A stretch of 64,000 nucleotides of DNA from Vicugna vicugna (lineage: Eukaryota), in assembly GCA_013265495.1 (NCBI GenBank), contig MU057930.1, positions 9,599-73,598 on the forward strand, in the 5' to 3' direction. The translations under genes were made by a program, and so were the position numbers. This document shows, piece after piece, positions 39,241 through 52,571 of the stretch. How positions within the stretch are numbered: the stretch's first letter is position 1; each line of letters starts with the position of its first letter. Under the pieces are notes generated by a model. It had not been told where the DNA came from, searched no databases, and saw only the letters and a program-made list of their open reading frames with translations.

Positions 39241-40664
39241 TAATTTTTATCACCACCATGACGGGCTTCACGCCTGGTTACTATTTTTCAAGAAAACCAA
39301 ATGACGTGAGTGCTGTCAAACATGATTGGATAGGATCGTGTGCAAAAAAAAAAACAACCCACTCGCTAAGGTTCTGTTTTCTCATCTGTGAAATGGGTAC
39401 AAGGACACCTTTCTCCCAAGATGCTTATGTGTATCAGGAAAGAACACAGGTGCAAAGGTCGACCGCTTTCAGGCACCGATCGGGCAGACGACTGATGGAG
39501 GCTCTGTCTAGGGGGTTCAATCAGAAAATTAACTTTCTTTGCAGATCACGGGGCTCAGGTTTCTCCATATTTACAAAAGTGTGACAAGCCGGTCTCCCAG
39601 GGACATCAAATGGGAATTCGGGGCCACCACAGAATTTTCTCTTCCTCGTCTCTCCTTTCCCTTGAATGACCTCCGTTCAGTGTTGAGCAAGACGCTTTCT
39701 GCTTCTTTTATGCCAAGGTTTGGATCATCGCTGGGCAGTGGGGCAAACAAAACGTTTCTCTTCTTCCGAGGGCGTAAACAGGATTAGGGAGGGGAAGGCA
39801 GCCTTTGGGTTCCCCTAAGTGGTATTTACGGGTGAGAAACGGATGACCCTGGGGCTGGGGACTTGGGGCCACCAGGAGACAGGCACACATGGTTTATGTG
39901 ACACGCGTCCGGCTGTGGGTACCAGAGCCGGGACGAAACCGACACGGGTGAAGGATGCAGATGCCAGACAGAAAAGCCGGCAACCAAGACAGTCAGCTCA
40001 GCTCATCAGCATCCGCCTCGAACTAGCCTCGTGGCTCTGAAACTGGTTTAGAAAACTGGAGGGTGTTTTTGGGGTCCCTCTGCTCCATGCCCCCAGGGAT
40101 TGCACAGTAGGTTCCGGTGCCTTCCTGACACACACAGCCCCGCTCTGTCCTTCTGCACCCACTCTTTCTCCTGCAAGGACCCTTCCCTTCGAGGCTGCAG
40201 GCAACACTCCTCAGAGAACACATTCACTTCTTATCCCAAAGTCTCAGCCGAGTTCCTGACCCTGGAAACTGCCTGGAAACCGCCGGCTGGGACCACACCC
40301 CAAGTTGTACCATTGTCAGTGGCGTTTCTCTACCAAGCGGATTTCAAAGCTGCCTTCATCTGCACGTGGGTGCTGAACGTTCCCCTCTCTGCCCGTCCTC
40401 TGTCTCCAACTCCTACCTCAGGGCCTTTGCACATCCTGTCCCTCCCCATGCATGGAGCATGCTGCACCCCAGGTACACGCAGGACCCACTCCCTCCCTTC
40501 AGAGGGTCTTTGCTTCAATGTCACCCTTCCTCTGATTCTCTACCAACGCTCCCCATCGGCTTCATTCCTAACCTGCTTCACCTTTCTCCTGGGTTCTCCC
40601 CAGTCTCTGTGTTCCTGTCTATACAGACATTCAGATGCATGAATGTACATGAATTTACATCTCT

Positions 40665-40803
40665 CTAGTATCTGTCTATCTATCTATCTATCTACCTACC
40701 TACTTATCCATCCATCCATCTATCCATCTATCTATCCATCCATCCATCCATCCATCCAACCATCCATCCATCCATCCATCCACCTACCTACCTACCTACC
40801 TAT
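40665..40803. repeat. (TCTA)(TCCA)(CCTA) compound microsatellite
   Basis: Seen directly. Confidence 0.9.
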
Positions 40804-40804
40804 G

Positions 40805-41020
40805 ACAGTGGTTAGAAACTGAGGAGGACTCTGCCCCCAGGGGACTCTCAGCAAGGCTTGGGGACATTTCTGGTTGTCACCACTGGGGAAGGGGAAGCTA
40901 CTGGCACGTGGTGGGTGGAGACCAGGGACACAGCTGCACACCCCACAGTGCACAGGACGGCCCCTATCAGAGAGTCCTCCAACCCCAGTGTCAGTAGCAC
41001 CGAGGCTGAGAAACCCTGTC
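40805..41020 (+). mobile_element. MER20 (hAT-Charlie)
   Basis: cagtggtt...ctgcccccaggg...gacatttctggttgtcac...gtgcacaggac...gaggctgagaaaccctg. Confidence 0.85.
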
Positions 41021-42179
41021 TGCAAGATGAGGGCTTCTTAAAAGACTAAATTCTTGACGTTTTGAGGAACGTCTCCCCGCTGAAGCCCCAGGCTCCAGAA
41101 CAGAATCATCTCTGAATCATCCTCTGTGTCCCCGGGGAAGGGGTTGTTTCTGGGCAAGTGGGGCCCATGGTCACGTCTCACCCAGCAGCGTCCTTGCAGG
41201 ACCCAGACCTTTTACAAAAATCCAGTTTAAAAATTCATCTCGCGGACGAGCTCAGAATCTAAGAAGTCTCTGCTCCCTGGCTTTGAGAGGAAGAAGAGAG
41301 AGAAAGACGAGAGAGAGAGACGTCTTCAGTGGCCCGCTCACGCCCCGGCCCGGGCTGCCCTTACGCAAGAGATCTCAATGCAGAAAGTCAGGTGGGGAAG
41401 CCAGGATAGGGCGCTGGACGTCCACAGGTGGACGGCAGGGCTGTGTCCAGAGCTGCCGCGTCTAAGTCCCGCCCTTCTCCCTCACGTTAAGCGAGACATT
41501 TTTCTCCCCCTTTCTCTTTGCTGCAGTTCATCCCTCACGCTGACAGACACACAGACCCACAATGACTTGCAGAATTTCCAAAGGACGGAGCTCGCACCTC
41601 CGCCCAGAGGGGGAGCCGGCTCGGAGCATCAATTACTAATGTGCTCTGCAGGGCAGCCCCGGGGCCAGAGGGGTTCTGCACGCTCTGCGTCTGTGCCCTT
41701 GGCTGGGGGGCTAACCCCAGCCCCCATCCTGTCCCCGCTCCGAGACGTCAGGCACTTTAAAGTAAGTTCCCCGGGAAAGGAACTAAATTAATTTCCAAGG
41801 GACCGGCAGAGAGCACAGTGCGGCTGGTATTTGGTGGGTAGGAATCTGAAATGAGCAGGCAAGGAGGAGAGAAGGGATGGATTGTGGAGAGAGAGGGAGC
41901 GAGGGAGAGAGGGAGGGAGGACCAGTCCTGTAAGGGAGGAGCCGACTCCGCAAAGAAGACCAGTTTGCAACGACAGCCCACGTTGCCGGCTCCAACGAAA
42001 GGAAGGACAGAGCTGCCTTTTGCATGCTGACTGCTCTCAATGCTTCGCTGCAGAGCTCGGGAAATTACAGGCCATGTCCAGCGTCTGTTCTCCGTCCTCA
42101 GCAGGCACAGGGTCAGTGAATCCTGGGGACTGTCACCCATCACCCCGAGCTCAGTGTCCCCCCCACAAAACCATGGACA

Positions 42180-42600
42180 TGTCCTGTCCTATGGTCCTGG
42201 AGCTGAGACGTCTGCTACGGCTCTCACGGGGCCAAAATCGAGGTGTCGGCAGGACTGGGGACAACCGATTTCCTTGCGTCTTTTGGCTTCTGGGGCTGCA
42301 TCCTTCTGTTCCCTTGTTTGTCTGACTTCCTCCTCCGGGGCCAGCAGGGCACCTACCGCCTTCAAATCTCTGTCTGGTCACTGTGTTACGTCGTATCTGT
42401 CTGACTCCCCCGCCTCCCTCTTCTCAAGGCCTTTATGATACTATGGGTCCCACGGGGAAAGTGCACCGTCCTCTCCTTTTCTACCTCAAGACCCATCACC
42501 GCATCACACCTGCCGAGTCCCTTCGGCCACGGCCAGGAACCTGGCCAGAAGTGCCGGGGCTGGGACGGGGACATCTTCGGGAGGCCGTTTTCCAGCCCGT
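42180..42600 (-). mobile_element. Diverged MLT1-type LTR
   Basis: gggccaaaatcgaggtgtcggcagg...cttttggcttctggggctgcatcc...gggctgggacggggacatcttcgggaggccg. Confidence 0.6.
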
Positions 42601-43334
42601 GCCAGGCCGGGAGGGACACGCCGAGAGCGCGTGCTGCCTGCTGCGCGTGGAGCGCGGCCGGGGGAGGCCGTCCCGCCGCGCGCCCGCCGGCTGGCCTTCC
42701 GCGCCTTGCACGGTTCGTGCTGCCGAACTGCGATTTCAGGAAACTTAAAAACGCCATGAGGCTGGGTCCAGGATTGAAACAAACAAACAAACAAAATCCT
42801 CATTCGCGAGGGAACGCGTATGGTGTTGAGCCCAGTGCGAGGCCGGCTGGAGGGGTCGGTAAGCGCGGAGTCAGAATTCTGGAGAAGAAACGTCAGACCC
42901 AGAGCGGGCGGGGTCGTACGGGGCCGCGAACCCATCCCTTCGGGGTCCTCTGTTCTCAGCGCCAAACACTGTGTACAACTTCTCCGTCGTCCACAAGTTA
43001 TGCCGTGGTCTTGCCTACAGCTGGCTCCTTAACAGTGACCATTTCAATCACACTTTCTACTTCACAGTATAAAAAAAATAATCCAAACGTCCAACAGTTT
43101 CTTTCATACATTTTTCTGCAAGCTGAATGCCAGAAACACTCTCAGAGCCAAACTATAAATGATACTTTTGCACTAGGCATGGGAAGACAGCAACCAACGT
43201 TTGAAAGGCTTTAAATGCACTGCTTGCAATTGTTGACGGTCAAACGTCCGCCCCAGGCGGTTTGGTTTGACAGCACTGAGGTGTGACACTGAAAAGGATT
43301 AAAAAAAAACCCAAAAAAAACCCCCAAAACTCAA

Positions 43335-43500
43335 AGTTGTTCCGCACGGCACAGGGAACTATATTCAATATCTTACAGTGACCTGTACTGAAAAAGAATC
43401 TGAAAAGGAACCTATGTCTGTATATGCATGACTGAAGCATGATGCTGGGCACCAGAAACTGACACATCGTAACTAATTCTACGTGAACATAAGAAAAGTA
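43335..43500 (+). mobile_element. Short lineage-specific L1 3' tail
   Basis: gcacagggaactatattcaatatctt...gcaccagaaactgacacatcgtaac. Confidence 0.8.
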
Positions 43501-44329
43501 TTCATTTTAAGCAAATGAATACTTTTAGTAACATTGTAAAACTTTCCCCCGTTATTTCCACCATTTGTATATTTCTTTTGCCTCCTTTTTTATTTTTTTT
43601 TTCCGGCCTCATTTCCACGGTGAGTACAATTCTTCTGAAGAGCGTATGTCATGCCCCGTCTGGTTGCAGAAGAGCAGCCCAGAGATTCTCAGTAGGTGAC
43701 GTGGTTCCTGCACTGAGATGCCGGGAACGAGCTTTCTGGTGAACTGTCTTAGAAGGAAGTGGGGAGGGCTGCCTGGAGAGCGGCCAGGAAGCTGCCGGAC
43801 CAGAGGGAAAGCAGGGTCCCGGGGACGTCCCAGCCCGGGGCCTGCTGCCCGCACCCTGGCGCTGCCTGGACGCTGCTCGGAGCCCGTCCTTCTGCCGCTC
43901 GGAGGGACCGTGCTGCTGTGCGTTTGAGAGCTGATTCAGGACCCTAATTCTGCATCGCCTGGTCTGTGTGTGAGTGATGGTCACCTGGCACGTCCTGGGG
44001 GCAGGAGGAGGTAATGACAAGAAGCAGGGGATTCTGCCGAGGCCGCCTGCCTGGCTGGAGATGGGCTCGGCCTTGGAGACAGGAGAGGCTCCCCAGACAT
44101 GATGGGGGTGGGGCGTCCAGATGCTGGGGGACCCCTGCTGGTGACACCTGTTCCATCCCCCTCAGATGGTCCTGAGGGACCGTGCTCACCTCTGCAGGAT
44201 GTCACCATGCACGCACAGGAAGGGAACCTAGGAATGGCACCCAGGCAATGTTTCATTAACAACTGGCTTCTTTCTTTTCTTTGTATTAAGTTAAAGGCAT
44301 TAAAAAAAAATTACGCCTAGTGGTTTTTC

Positions 44330-44625
44330 TTTTAATGGACGTGAAATTCACATTATAAAAAACAAAGTAAACCTTTCGGTGGCATGTCATGGGTTTGTAA
44401 TGTTGTGGAACCATCACCACCATCTAGTTTCGGAACATTGTCACCATGTCCCCGAAGGAGACCCCGTCCCCAGGAGCAGTCACGCCCCCTCCCCGTCCCC
44501 CAGCCCCTGGCACCACGAACCCACTTTGTGTGTCTGTGGATTGGCCTGTTCTGGGCGTTTCCCGTCAATGCAGTCAGACCCCATGTGTCCTTCTGTCTCT
44601 GCGTCTCTCACCGTGCATCATGTTG
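44330..44625 (-). mobile_element. Old L1 (L1MB-like) 3' end
   Basis: gaaattcacatt...ccatcaccaccatctagtttcggaac...cccagcccctggcaccacgaacccactttg. Confidence 0.75.
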
Positions 44626-44689
44626 ACTTAGAATGTACATGAAAATTACTGAAAATATTCACTAGAAGCTACTCTCTTATATAAAACAG

Positions 44690-45928
44690 ATTCAAATTAA
44701 CACCACAACGAGATGTCACAACACACCTATTCGAATTGCTAGACCAAAAACACTGATGTTATCAGGTGCCGGTGAGGACATGGGGCAGCTAGAAGTCCCA
44801 CGTGTTGTCAGTGGGGGACGCGAAACAGTGCAGCCTCTCTGGAAAACAGTCTGGCTGTTTCTTTTTTTATTGAAGTGGCCACTTCTTTTTTTTTTTTAAT
44901 TAAAAAAAATTTTTATCTCAGAGAAGGAACAACGTGGGTTCACACAACCTGCACGGAAGTGTGGACAGCAGCATTCTGCATGAGTCTCCCCCAAACGGAA
45001 ACCACTGTGCATCAGTGGGGAGAGGGTCAACCACTGTGGTGCACGCAGACAGTGGAATAATACTCAGCAAAAAAAGGGGAAGAAGCCACCGTCCCGTGCA
45101 GCAATTCAGCTGAACTGCAAACACATGTGGCTGAGTGATGGAAGGCAATTTCAAAGAGCTCACATATGTGACACTTTTACAGAAAAGCCAAGGACAGAGA
45201 ACACAGACCAGCAGCTGCCAGGGAGGAGGGCTGGAGGGAGGGTCTGACTGCGAAGAAAGGACCAGGATGAGGGATTCTCCGAGGGGATGGAGATGTTCTG
45301 AATCCTGTCAGGGGCGGTGGTTCCACAAACCTGTACCTGAGTGAAGACGTGTATGACGGAACTCCAAAATAAGACTGACTGCACTATTGCACGTAAAATG
45401 TTGAAAAGAGCTCGCTGGGTTTGAAAAGTTGGAAACAGAATTATCCTGTGATGCAACCAGCCTGCATCTGGGTTTTTACCCCAAAGGAGTGAAAGCAGGG
45501 ATGTATACCCAGCGGTGTTATTTATAAGAGGTGGAAGCAACCCCAGTGTCCATCTATAGATAGATGGACGGATAAATAGAATGAAGTCTGGTCATGCAGT
45601 GGAATATTATTCAGCCATGAAAAAGGAAGGGCGGTCTGACACAGCCTGCAATGGGGATGGACCTTGAGGACAGGACGCTGAGTGAGAGAAGCCAGACATA
45701 AAAGAGGACAAATCTTGTAGGATTCCACTCACAGGAAGTCCCCAGAGGAGTCAAATTCAGAGAGAAAGAAAGTGGGAGGGTGGGGGCCAGGGCCTGGGGA
45801 GGAGGATGGAGGGTCAGTGTTTAACAGGGGCAGAGATTCAGTTTGGGAAGATGATGGTGGGGATGGTCGCACAATAGTGTGACTGTCCTTAAGGCCACTG
45901 AACTCTGCACTTAGAAATGGTTACATTG
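44690..45928 (+). mobile_element. Two stacked old L1M 3' ends
   Basis: caaattaacaccacaacgagatg...cagtgcagcctctctggaaaacag, followed by a second ggaatattattcagccatgaaaaagg...gccactgaactctgcacttagaaatgg. Confidence 0.75.
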
Positions 45929-46153
45929 AAACAAGTTCATCCTGTGCAGCACAGGAAACCATATTCAATATCTGATAGTAACTTATGGTTAAAAAGAATA
46001 TGAAAAGAAATACATGCATGCTCCTATGTGATGGAAACACTGTGCTGTGCACCAGAAACTGGTGCAACATCGTAAACTGACTGCTTCAATAAAAACATGT
46101 ATACAAGATAAATAAGTAAACAAAAAGACGGATGGTCAAAAAAAAAAAGGTTC
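45929..46153 (+). mobile_element. Short lineage-specific L1 3' tail nested in the end of an older L1
   Basis: gcacaggaaaccatattcaatatctg...gcaccagaaactgg; near-TSD aatggttacattg (45916-45928) / aatggtacattg (46154-46165). Confidence 0.8.
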
Positions 46154-46949
46154 AATGGTACATTGTATGTTTTTTTTAAAAGCACAATTAATTTTTCTTT
46201 TAATTTAAAAGATTTGTAGGTGAAAACCCTTCCTTCGAAGACAGCACGAAAAATCACCCATCGGGTTAGGGGAAAACAATACATTGCCTTCTAGGTCATG
46301 CCTTTAAAATGTTTGTTTCCCAGGGAACTACGTAACCAGGCTGCGGGATGCTGGCTGCCGAACAGGAGAGAAGACTTTGCTGGCCTGGGTGGGGGGTGGG
46401 GGGTGGGTGGTACTCACCCTGAGAGCCTGTGGGCACAGCAAACACCCAGCATATGTATCTCTGTCTGTCTGTCTGTCTATCTCTCCCACAAGACCCCAGA
46501 GCTTCAGAGCTGAGCTGAAAGGGGTCCCAAGACATCGCGAATCCAGGGACGCCCAGCTTGTCATTACCACGGGCACGGCCTTGACTCGACCTCCTTAAAT
46601 CGCCACCCCTGGGGCTGGGCGCCGTCTCAGGGCACAGACTGCGTCTCCGGGAAGGGGCGCCCAGGCCGAGCTTGCAGGAGCAGGTGCCCAGCCCCACGCA
46701 CACCTGCCGGCTTCTCCGCGGAAACCCGAACCCTTACTAAGGCTCTGTGGCCGGGACCCTGGGGCCCTCCCCCGGGAAAAGTGAACAGCAGCGTTCCCGG
46801 GCTGGGGTGGGTCTTAGCGGCATTTTTTTTTCTTTTTCCCTTTCGGTCTGGAACAGACTGGTAACTCACGTGGAATTTTAATGTGCACTCCAGCCCTGCG
46901 CCTGCAAAATCTAGTGCATATACTTTGACCAGTTTAGTCTTTGCAGTGG

Positions 46950-47145
46950 CGCAGAGGTTCCCTAAAGGGAGAGATCCTGACCCCCAGGGGACAATGTCTG
47001 GGGCATTTCTGGCTGTCACCGCTGTGGGGTGGTTATTGGCATGTGGTGGGTGGAGAGCAGGGGCGCAGCCCCACCGTGCACAGGACGCCCCCATCAGAGT
47101 CCTCCAGCCCCAGTCTCAATCCAGCCCCGATGCAGAATACCTGGG
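46950..47145 (+). mobile_element. MER20 (hAT-Charlie)
   Basis: cccccaggggacaatgtctggggcatttctggctgtcac...gtgcacaggacgccccc. Confidence 0.8.
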
Positions 47146-50100
47146 GTAGCCAGTACCTCATCCTGTATAAATTATGCATTTACACACACGTATATATGTA
47201 TATTCATGAATCAAATGCTAAGAAAAGCCAAGGTCTGCGGCAACCGGCCACCTAGTCCCGTCCTGACCTCACAATGGTGATGGACAGACTCCTGAGACCT
47301 GTCCACTCTCTGGCTGGACATACGGGGGCTCCACCCACCGCTGCTCCAAGCAGAGAGCGGCCACGTGTCCTGCCTGGAGGTGCTTTTGGCCATTTTCCTC
47401 AGGGGATAATTCTGCATCTCTCCCATAACTAGGCGCCGTTTCTCCTAAGACCCGAGGCTCGTCCCGACAGCAAGCTGTGTGCGCCTGGCGGCTTCAGGAG
47501 CCCCCTGAACCCCCCGGGACCGCCTTGGAACTCACTCCAGCCCCGGGAAGCGCGCGGCATCATTTACGCAGCGCCTCCGAGGTCCCACCGAGCCCAGGAA
47601 ATCCACTGTCATATTTCACCTGCCTGGGGACTTGTAAAAACTTCTGCAGGAAGAATTTCAAAAGGTGGCAGAAAATGACAGAACACCATTGGCTCTGTTC
47701 CTCTGCTTTCTGAAGGTTGCTGGAAATTTTCCTGTTTCTTTTTCCCCCTCATTGCCCTTCAGAGACCGGGAGACGGCATTCTCAGAGCAAGCAGGGCTTC
47801 TGCTACAAGTGGGCATTTACGCTTGCTCGCTTCTGCCAGTGACGCCCAGAGGCCCAAAGTAAATAAATAAATAGAAAGTGCACGTGCCTGCGGCCACTGA
47901 CGCACGGATCCCCGGTCCAGTGGTCGTGGAGGGAGGGTCAGCTTTCCACCAGAGGCCACGCTCTGCCGCCGTGAATGGATCCCCTCTAGCATCTTTGTAA
48001 GGGAGGCCGTGCCCTTGAAGACAGGAGCTGTGTCTTGCTTCCTGGGGCCTTAATTCTCCCTGAAAATCAGTGACCTGATTCTACAGGGCTTGACAGACAA
48101 GACGCGCCTCCCCTGGGCACGTCCAGGGAGCGTCATTCAAAGCATCAAGTGTCAAAACGGCACGCCTGGACGTGTTGCCCGATGGTCTCGTGGACGGGGA
48201 CGTGGGAGACCAAAGTCGGGGCAAGGGGGGACACCTGGTTTCCAGGACGCACAGACGACTTAACGGGATGACACTGCAAATGTCCTGGTATGAAGCAGGC
48301 GCTTCCCAGGTGGAAGACGCGTCTCCTATCTTATTTCCCAGTCTCTTTTGAAAAGAAAACAAACACCCGTATTCATTATTTTTGGTCTGATTGAACCAAG
48401 GAACAAATTAACTTGAGAGCTATCGGCCAAATGCTCTGACAGGATTTAACACCCAGAGAGCCCACCGTGGGGGGCTCCCCGCCCCAGCATCAAGCACTCA
48501 GTTTAGGCGGACGGGAGCTCTTCGTGGAAATGGAGGATGGTGATCACGGTCTGTCAGAATCCAGGGAATGAGGCTGTGTCAATGCTGTCGCTGCCGGGGT
48601 CAACGGCCCTGAAATCACGCCCTTCTAGTCCTGTTGGGAATCTCGGCTCCAGAAAGCTGTCCCCAGGTGAAAAATCCTCATGCAGCATGTGTGTGTGAAG
48701 CAGAGATGAGAGCAGAGGTTCCATCCAGATGGGTTCTGCTCCACCAGGCAGCCGGATCCAGTTCAAAGCAACACACGTGAATGCCCAGTGTTGGGGGCCG
48801 AGCAGAAAACACAGCCTTGCTTGGATGTGCTCCATGTCTGCTTCCTAACAGATGCTTTATTTTATGCAATGTAGCGTGGATCAATACGCTGTTCCTTCTT
48901 CATGGCCGAATAATATTCCACTGCAGGTGTGATGTAGGTTAACACATTTGTCTGGCCCCCTCTACTTTCCTTAAAATGAAATCATGGATGCTACTACTTA
49001 CAGACAGATGTAGTAAAAGCCATGTAGTGTCCACATAATGCAATTTACCATAAAATGACACTCCTTTGAACATGTCAATGCTTGGACGTCCACCCTCCCC
49101 TGGAGAGGGTGAGAAGGTAGGACGCTTGCCCCTGGATACTGGGATCCCCCAAGAAGAGGCCGGATGCCAAAAAAGATGGTGCCACCCAGTGAGCTGGTAA
49201 CTCAAATGCCATGAGCTGCTGCCCACTGTGAAATTTCCCCAAATGGTGAATAACCCAGCCGATTTTTCATTAATGCGATGGTCGCTTTGCCTGGAAATTC
49301 ACTGTCCCGCCTCAATGCGTGAACACACCTGAGTCCTAGGCTAGGACTAGCTGCAAACGGGATTCTCCTCAAAGTGGGAACTGAGAGCCGGACACTAAGA
49401 AGTCGTGAGAGGGTGTGGGAAGAGTCTCCACGGGGCTCCCTTGTCCTTTGTAGCAAATCTAACATGCTGGCCTCCCCCTTGCGCAATGCCAGTGGGAGGG
49501 CTGTCTACGCAGGGTACCCCTCCCCACCTTGCCCTGCACCCTGCAGAGAACCACTGCCACTTAAAAGCACCGGGATATTGGAAAAGGGTGCCAGACCGTC
49601 AGGTCCCCATGCCGTGGGACCAGACCCACAGGGCAACATGACCCACACCGGAAAGACCCTTGGCAGCCTTCAAACTGTTGGATCTCCATCCTCTCGTCCG
49701 AGTCTTAAAACCCACAGAAAGACCTGCTGAACAGGACAAGACACTCTAGACCCCAGAGGGTTAACCGTTTGCCCAAATGATGCAACGGGCAGTAGACATT
49801 TCGCGCTTTTATCCGCAAATCAAAACAGCGTCTGCCTTAAACAGATGCAATTTAAATCAGTCGGTGACACCTCAATAAAGCCAAAGAAAAACACAGCGAA
49901 TATTCCTCCCCTGAGAAAGGTGTTCCTCTTAGTTCTCATTTTATGTTTTTTTATTTCCCCCGCTGGATATTTTGAACAAAAATGTTTCACTGTATTCCCA
50001 AATCTGGCAGTTCACGCCGGCTCCGGGTGAATTAGCAACAGACGTCCTTTTTAATGCATTCTTGGACCCGTGACAGGAGAACGATTACTTTTAATTCTAT

Positions 50101-52571
50101 GTACTTAGAGATTTTTCAGTAAGCCGTGCGCTAGCGAGGAACCACGCAAGTAAGGACTGAGCTATGTCATCTGTGAGATGCGCCCCACGCGACCGAGAGA
50201 AGCGAGGACGTGACAACTCGAAACAGGAAAAGTGGAAAGTTAAGAGCACGCGTGGAGTCAGGAAGTTGGACACTCCGTCCCAGAATGAAGGCAAGGAATT
50301 ATTAAGAAAAAAAAAAAGGAAGGAATATACACAATCACTAACCACCAGACGTAAGTTAGCGATAAACGTGAAGCTCGGTGTAAAGTTTATCTACGAACCT
50401 GAGAAGGCGCTTCTCTGGCGGGAGTCCCAGAGACCAGAGAGTTCCCGGGCTGTGTACTGTGCACAGGCCTCCCCACTCCTGCACACGGAGAAGTCTGGGA
50501 GGTCCTCGTGGCTGGGCTCGTGTTGGTGCCTCTGTGGCCATCGGTAAGCAAGTAACGGATTTGGACCCAATCTCTATGGTGTTGGTGTCCAGGTGACAGA
50601 AAAAGACAACTCCAGCGCATTTCTCTGCTGAAGTGATGAATGCAATGACTACGGAGCTTGGACGGAAAACCACGCCTGGCAAATATCTTCCCCGGGGCTC
50701 CCCTCAAACAGAACACGTACGTCTTGCCGTCTAATCAGCAAAGCCGGGTGTAGACGGGGCACGTGCTAGGGTCATCACTCGACGGACGAGGAGTCGGAAA
50801 GACAGACCGAAAAGCTTGAGGACGGTGCCCGTTGGACCCACCCACCTGGGAGGCGAGCGTGGTGCTACCTCCCTGACCCATGGGTCAGCCAAGAAGCCTC
50901 CCCAGTCCTGCCTCGCAACCCGTCCGCCTTGGAGGAGCCCCGGGCACCGTGCACGGCTGTGTTTCCCGACAGCCACGATGAGGGGTGTTTCTGACGCAGA
51001 CGCCCTCAAAATCTGGTTGGCGCCGACACAGAGGAAGCTGAAACTGGGTCGTAACCCACAGACCAGGCTCCGCCGCGCTCACTGCTTCCCATTAAAAGTG
51101 CGTCTTCCCACATACGGTGACATCCCCAGTCCCCAGGCGTTAGGACTTGGTATCCTGGGGGCTGTCAGTCACCCCACCCCAGGCAGCACGCTCCTGCAGG
51201 ACCAGAGCACCGTGCCCTCACCCCGGAGCTGCAGTGCCCCAGGGTGGAAGGTCACCCATCCTGGTGCGTGCGCAGCACCCCCTCCCGGGCTCCCCGACCG
51301 TCGGCGACAGGCGCAAACCCAGGACCCCCATGTCTGCCACGCCACGGACGCCGCCCTCACTCACCTGGCGGCGCACGGGTCCCTCCGGCGGCTGGAAGCG
51401 TCTCTGAGCCGTGAGGAGGCTTGCGGTCCGATGCGGAGGGAGTGCGCCCATGTCTCCGAGATCACGTTCAGCCTCTCCTGTGCTGGGCTGGTGACAGAAG
51501 AGCTGCCATGCAATTAGGAGGAGCCATCGGAGGCCAGGGTCCTACAAGGTCCAAACGGTTCTTGGAGCCCATCTTAGCCCAGGGACTGTGGCGTCTTTCA
51601 GGAGCCAGGAAGCTGATTCTCCCAGTAACGGAGGAGGCTGGGGTGGCCAGCAGTCACCGTGCCAGCCCATCCTGAGCCTGTACTTGGGAACAACCTTTGT
51701 GATGACGGTGACAGTGGCTGGCACAGCTGCGACCATGACCTCAGGCCATAAAGAGCTCTCGGATGACAGGCAAACCCTCCAAAATTGGGGTCTCCCCAGA
51801 GGTCAAGATTCTGCTTCTCGGGACACAGTCCTGGCTGGCAGAAATATTAAGGCGAGGCACGTGTCCATGTTGGGTTCACCGTAGGAAGTAATTCTGGTTC
51901 CGAAACACATCAGTCAGCGCGGTAGGGCTTAGCCAAACACCTGAGCAGCCCCGGGAGGCGTCGGCAGCACAGGGCTGGAAGCCGCGGTTGGCATCTGCCT
52001 GGCTCAGGGGGTCCTGAAATGCGCCTGAGAGGCAGGAGGACTTGAGGATGTCACAAGGAATGCTGATGCCCCGAGGAATGAACTCAGGAGTTTTGTGGCC
52101 GGCAGGGCTGAGCACCCGCCATTCGCATGGCCTCCCCCCAGCGCGCAGCCAAAACCCACCAACCTTACTGGACCTTAGGGGAGAGCTTCACCACCAAGGC
52201 CAGGCTTGAGTGCATCGACGGTATGATGAGGAAGAGAGTGCCCTGGGAGGAGGGGGTGTCCTTACTGGCTGCACACTGGCTCCTGTTTCTTGAGGTTGGA
52301 GCAGAGAAGACTATGGCACACGCAGTTGAGGGCAAAATGAACGTATGCGTCCCTCGTTCATGCTGCATTAGCAGTTCCAAGCTGGCGACAACAGAGCATC
52401 GAGCCAACAGGCGCCCTGAGGAGCCCAGGGTCCCAGGTGGCCACGCGGCTCCCTGGCCCGGGAAGCCAGCCCTGGGGACGTGCAGAGGAAGCTATCGCCG
52501 CCACGGCATCCCGGGTCACCAGGAGAGGAGCGGGCGTTTCCTGGGATTCCAACGCACCCTGTTCATGCAGC

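Noticed and set aside
42435..43214. 259-aa ORF
   Set aside because: Starts within a decayed MLT1 LTR, crosses a simple repeat and has no recognisable domain.
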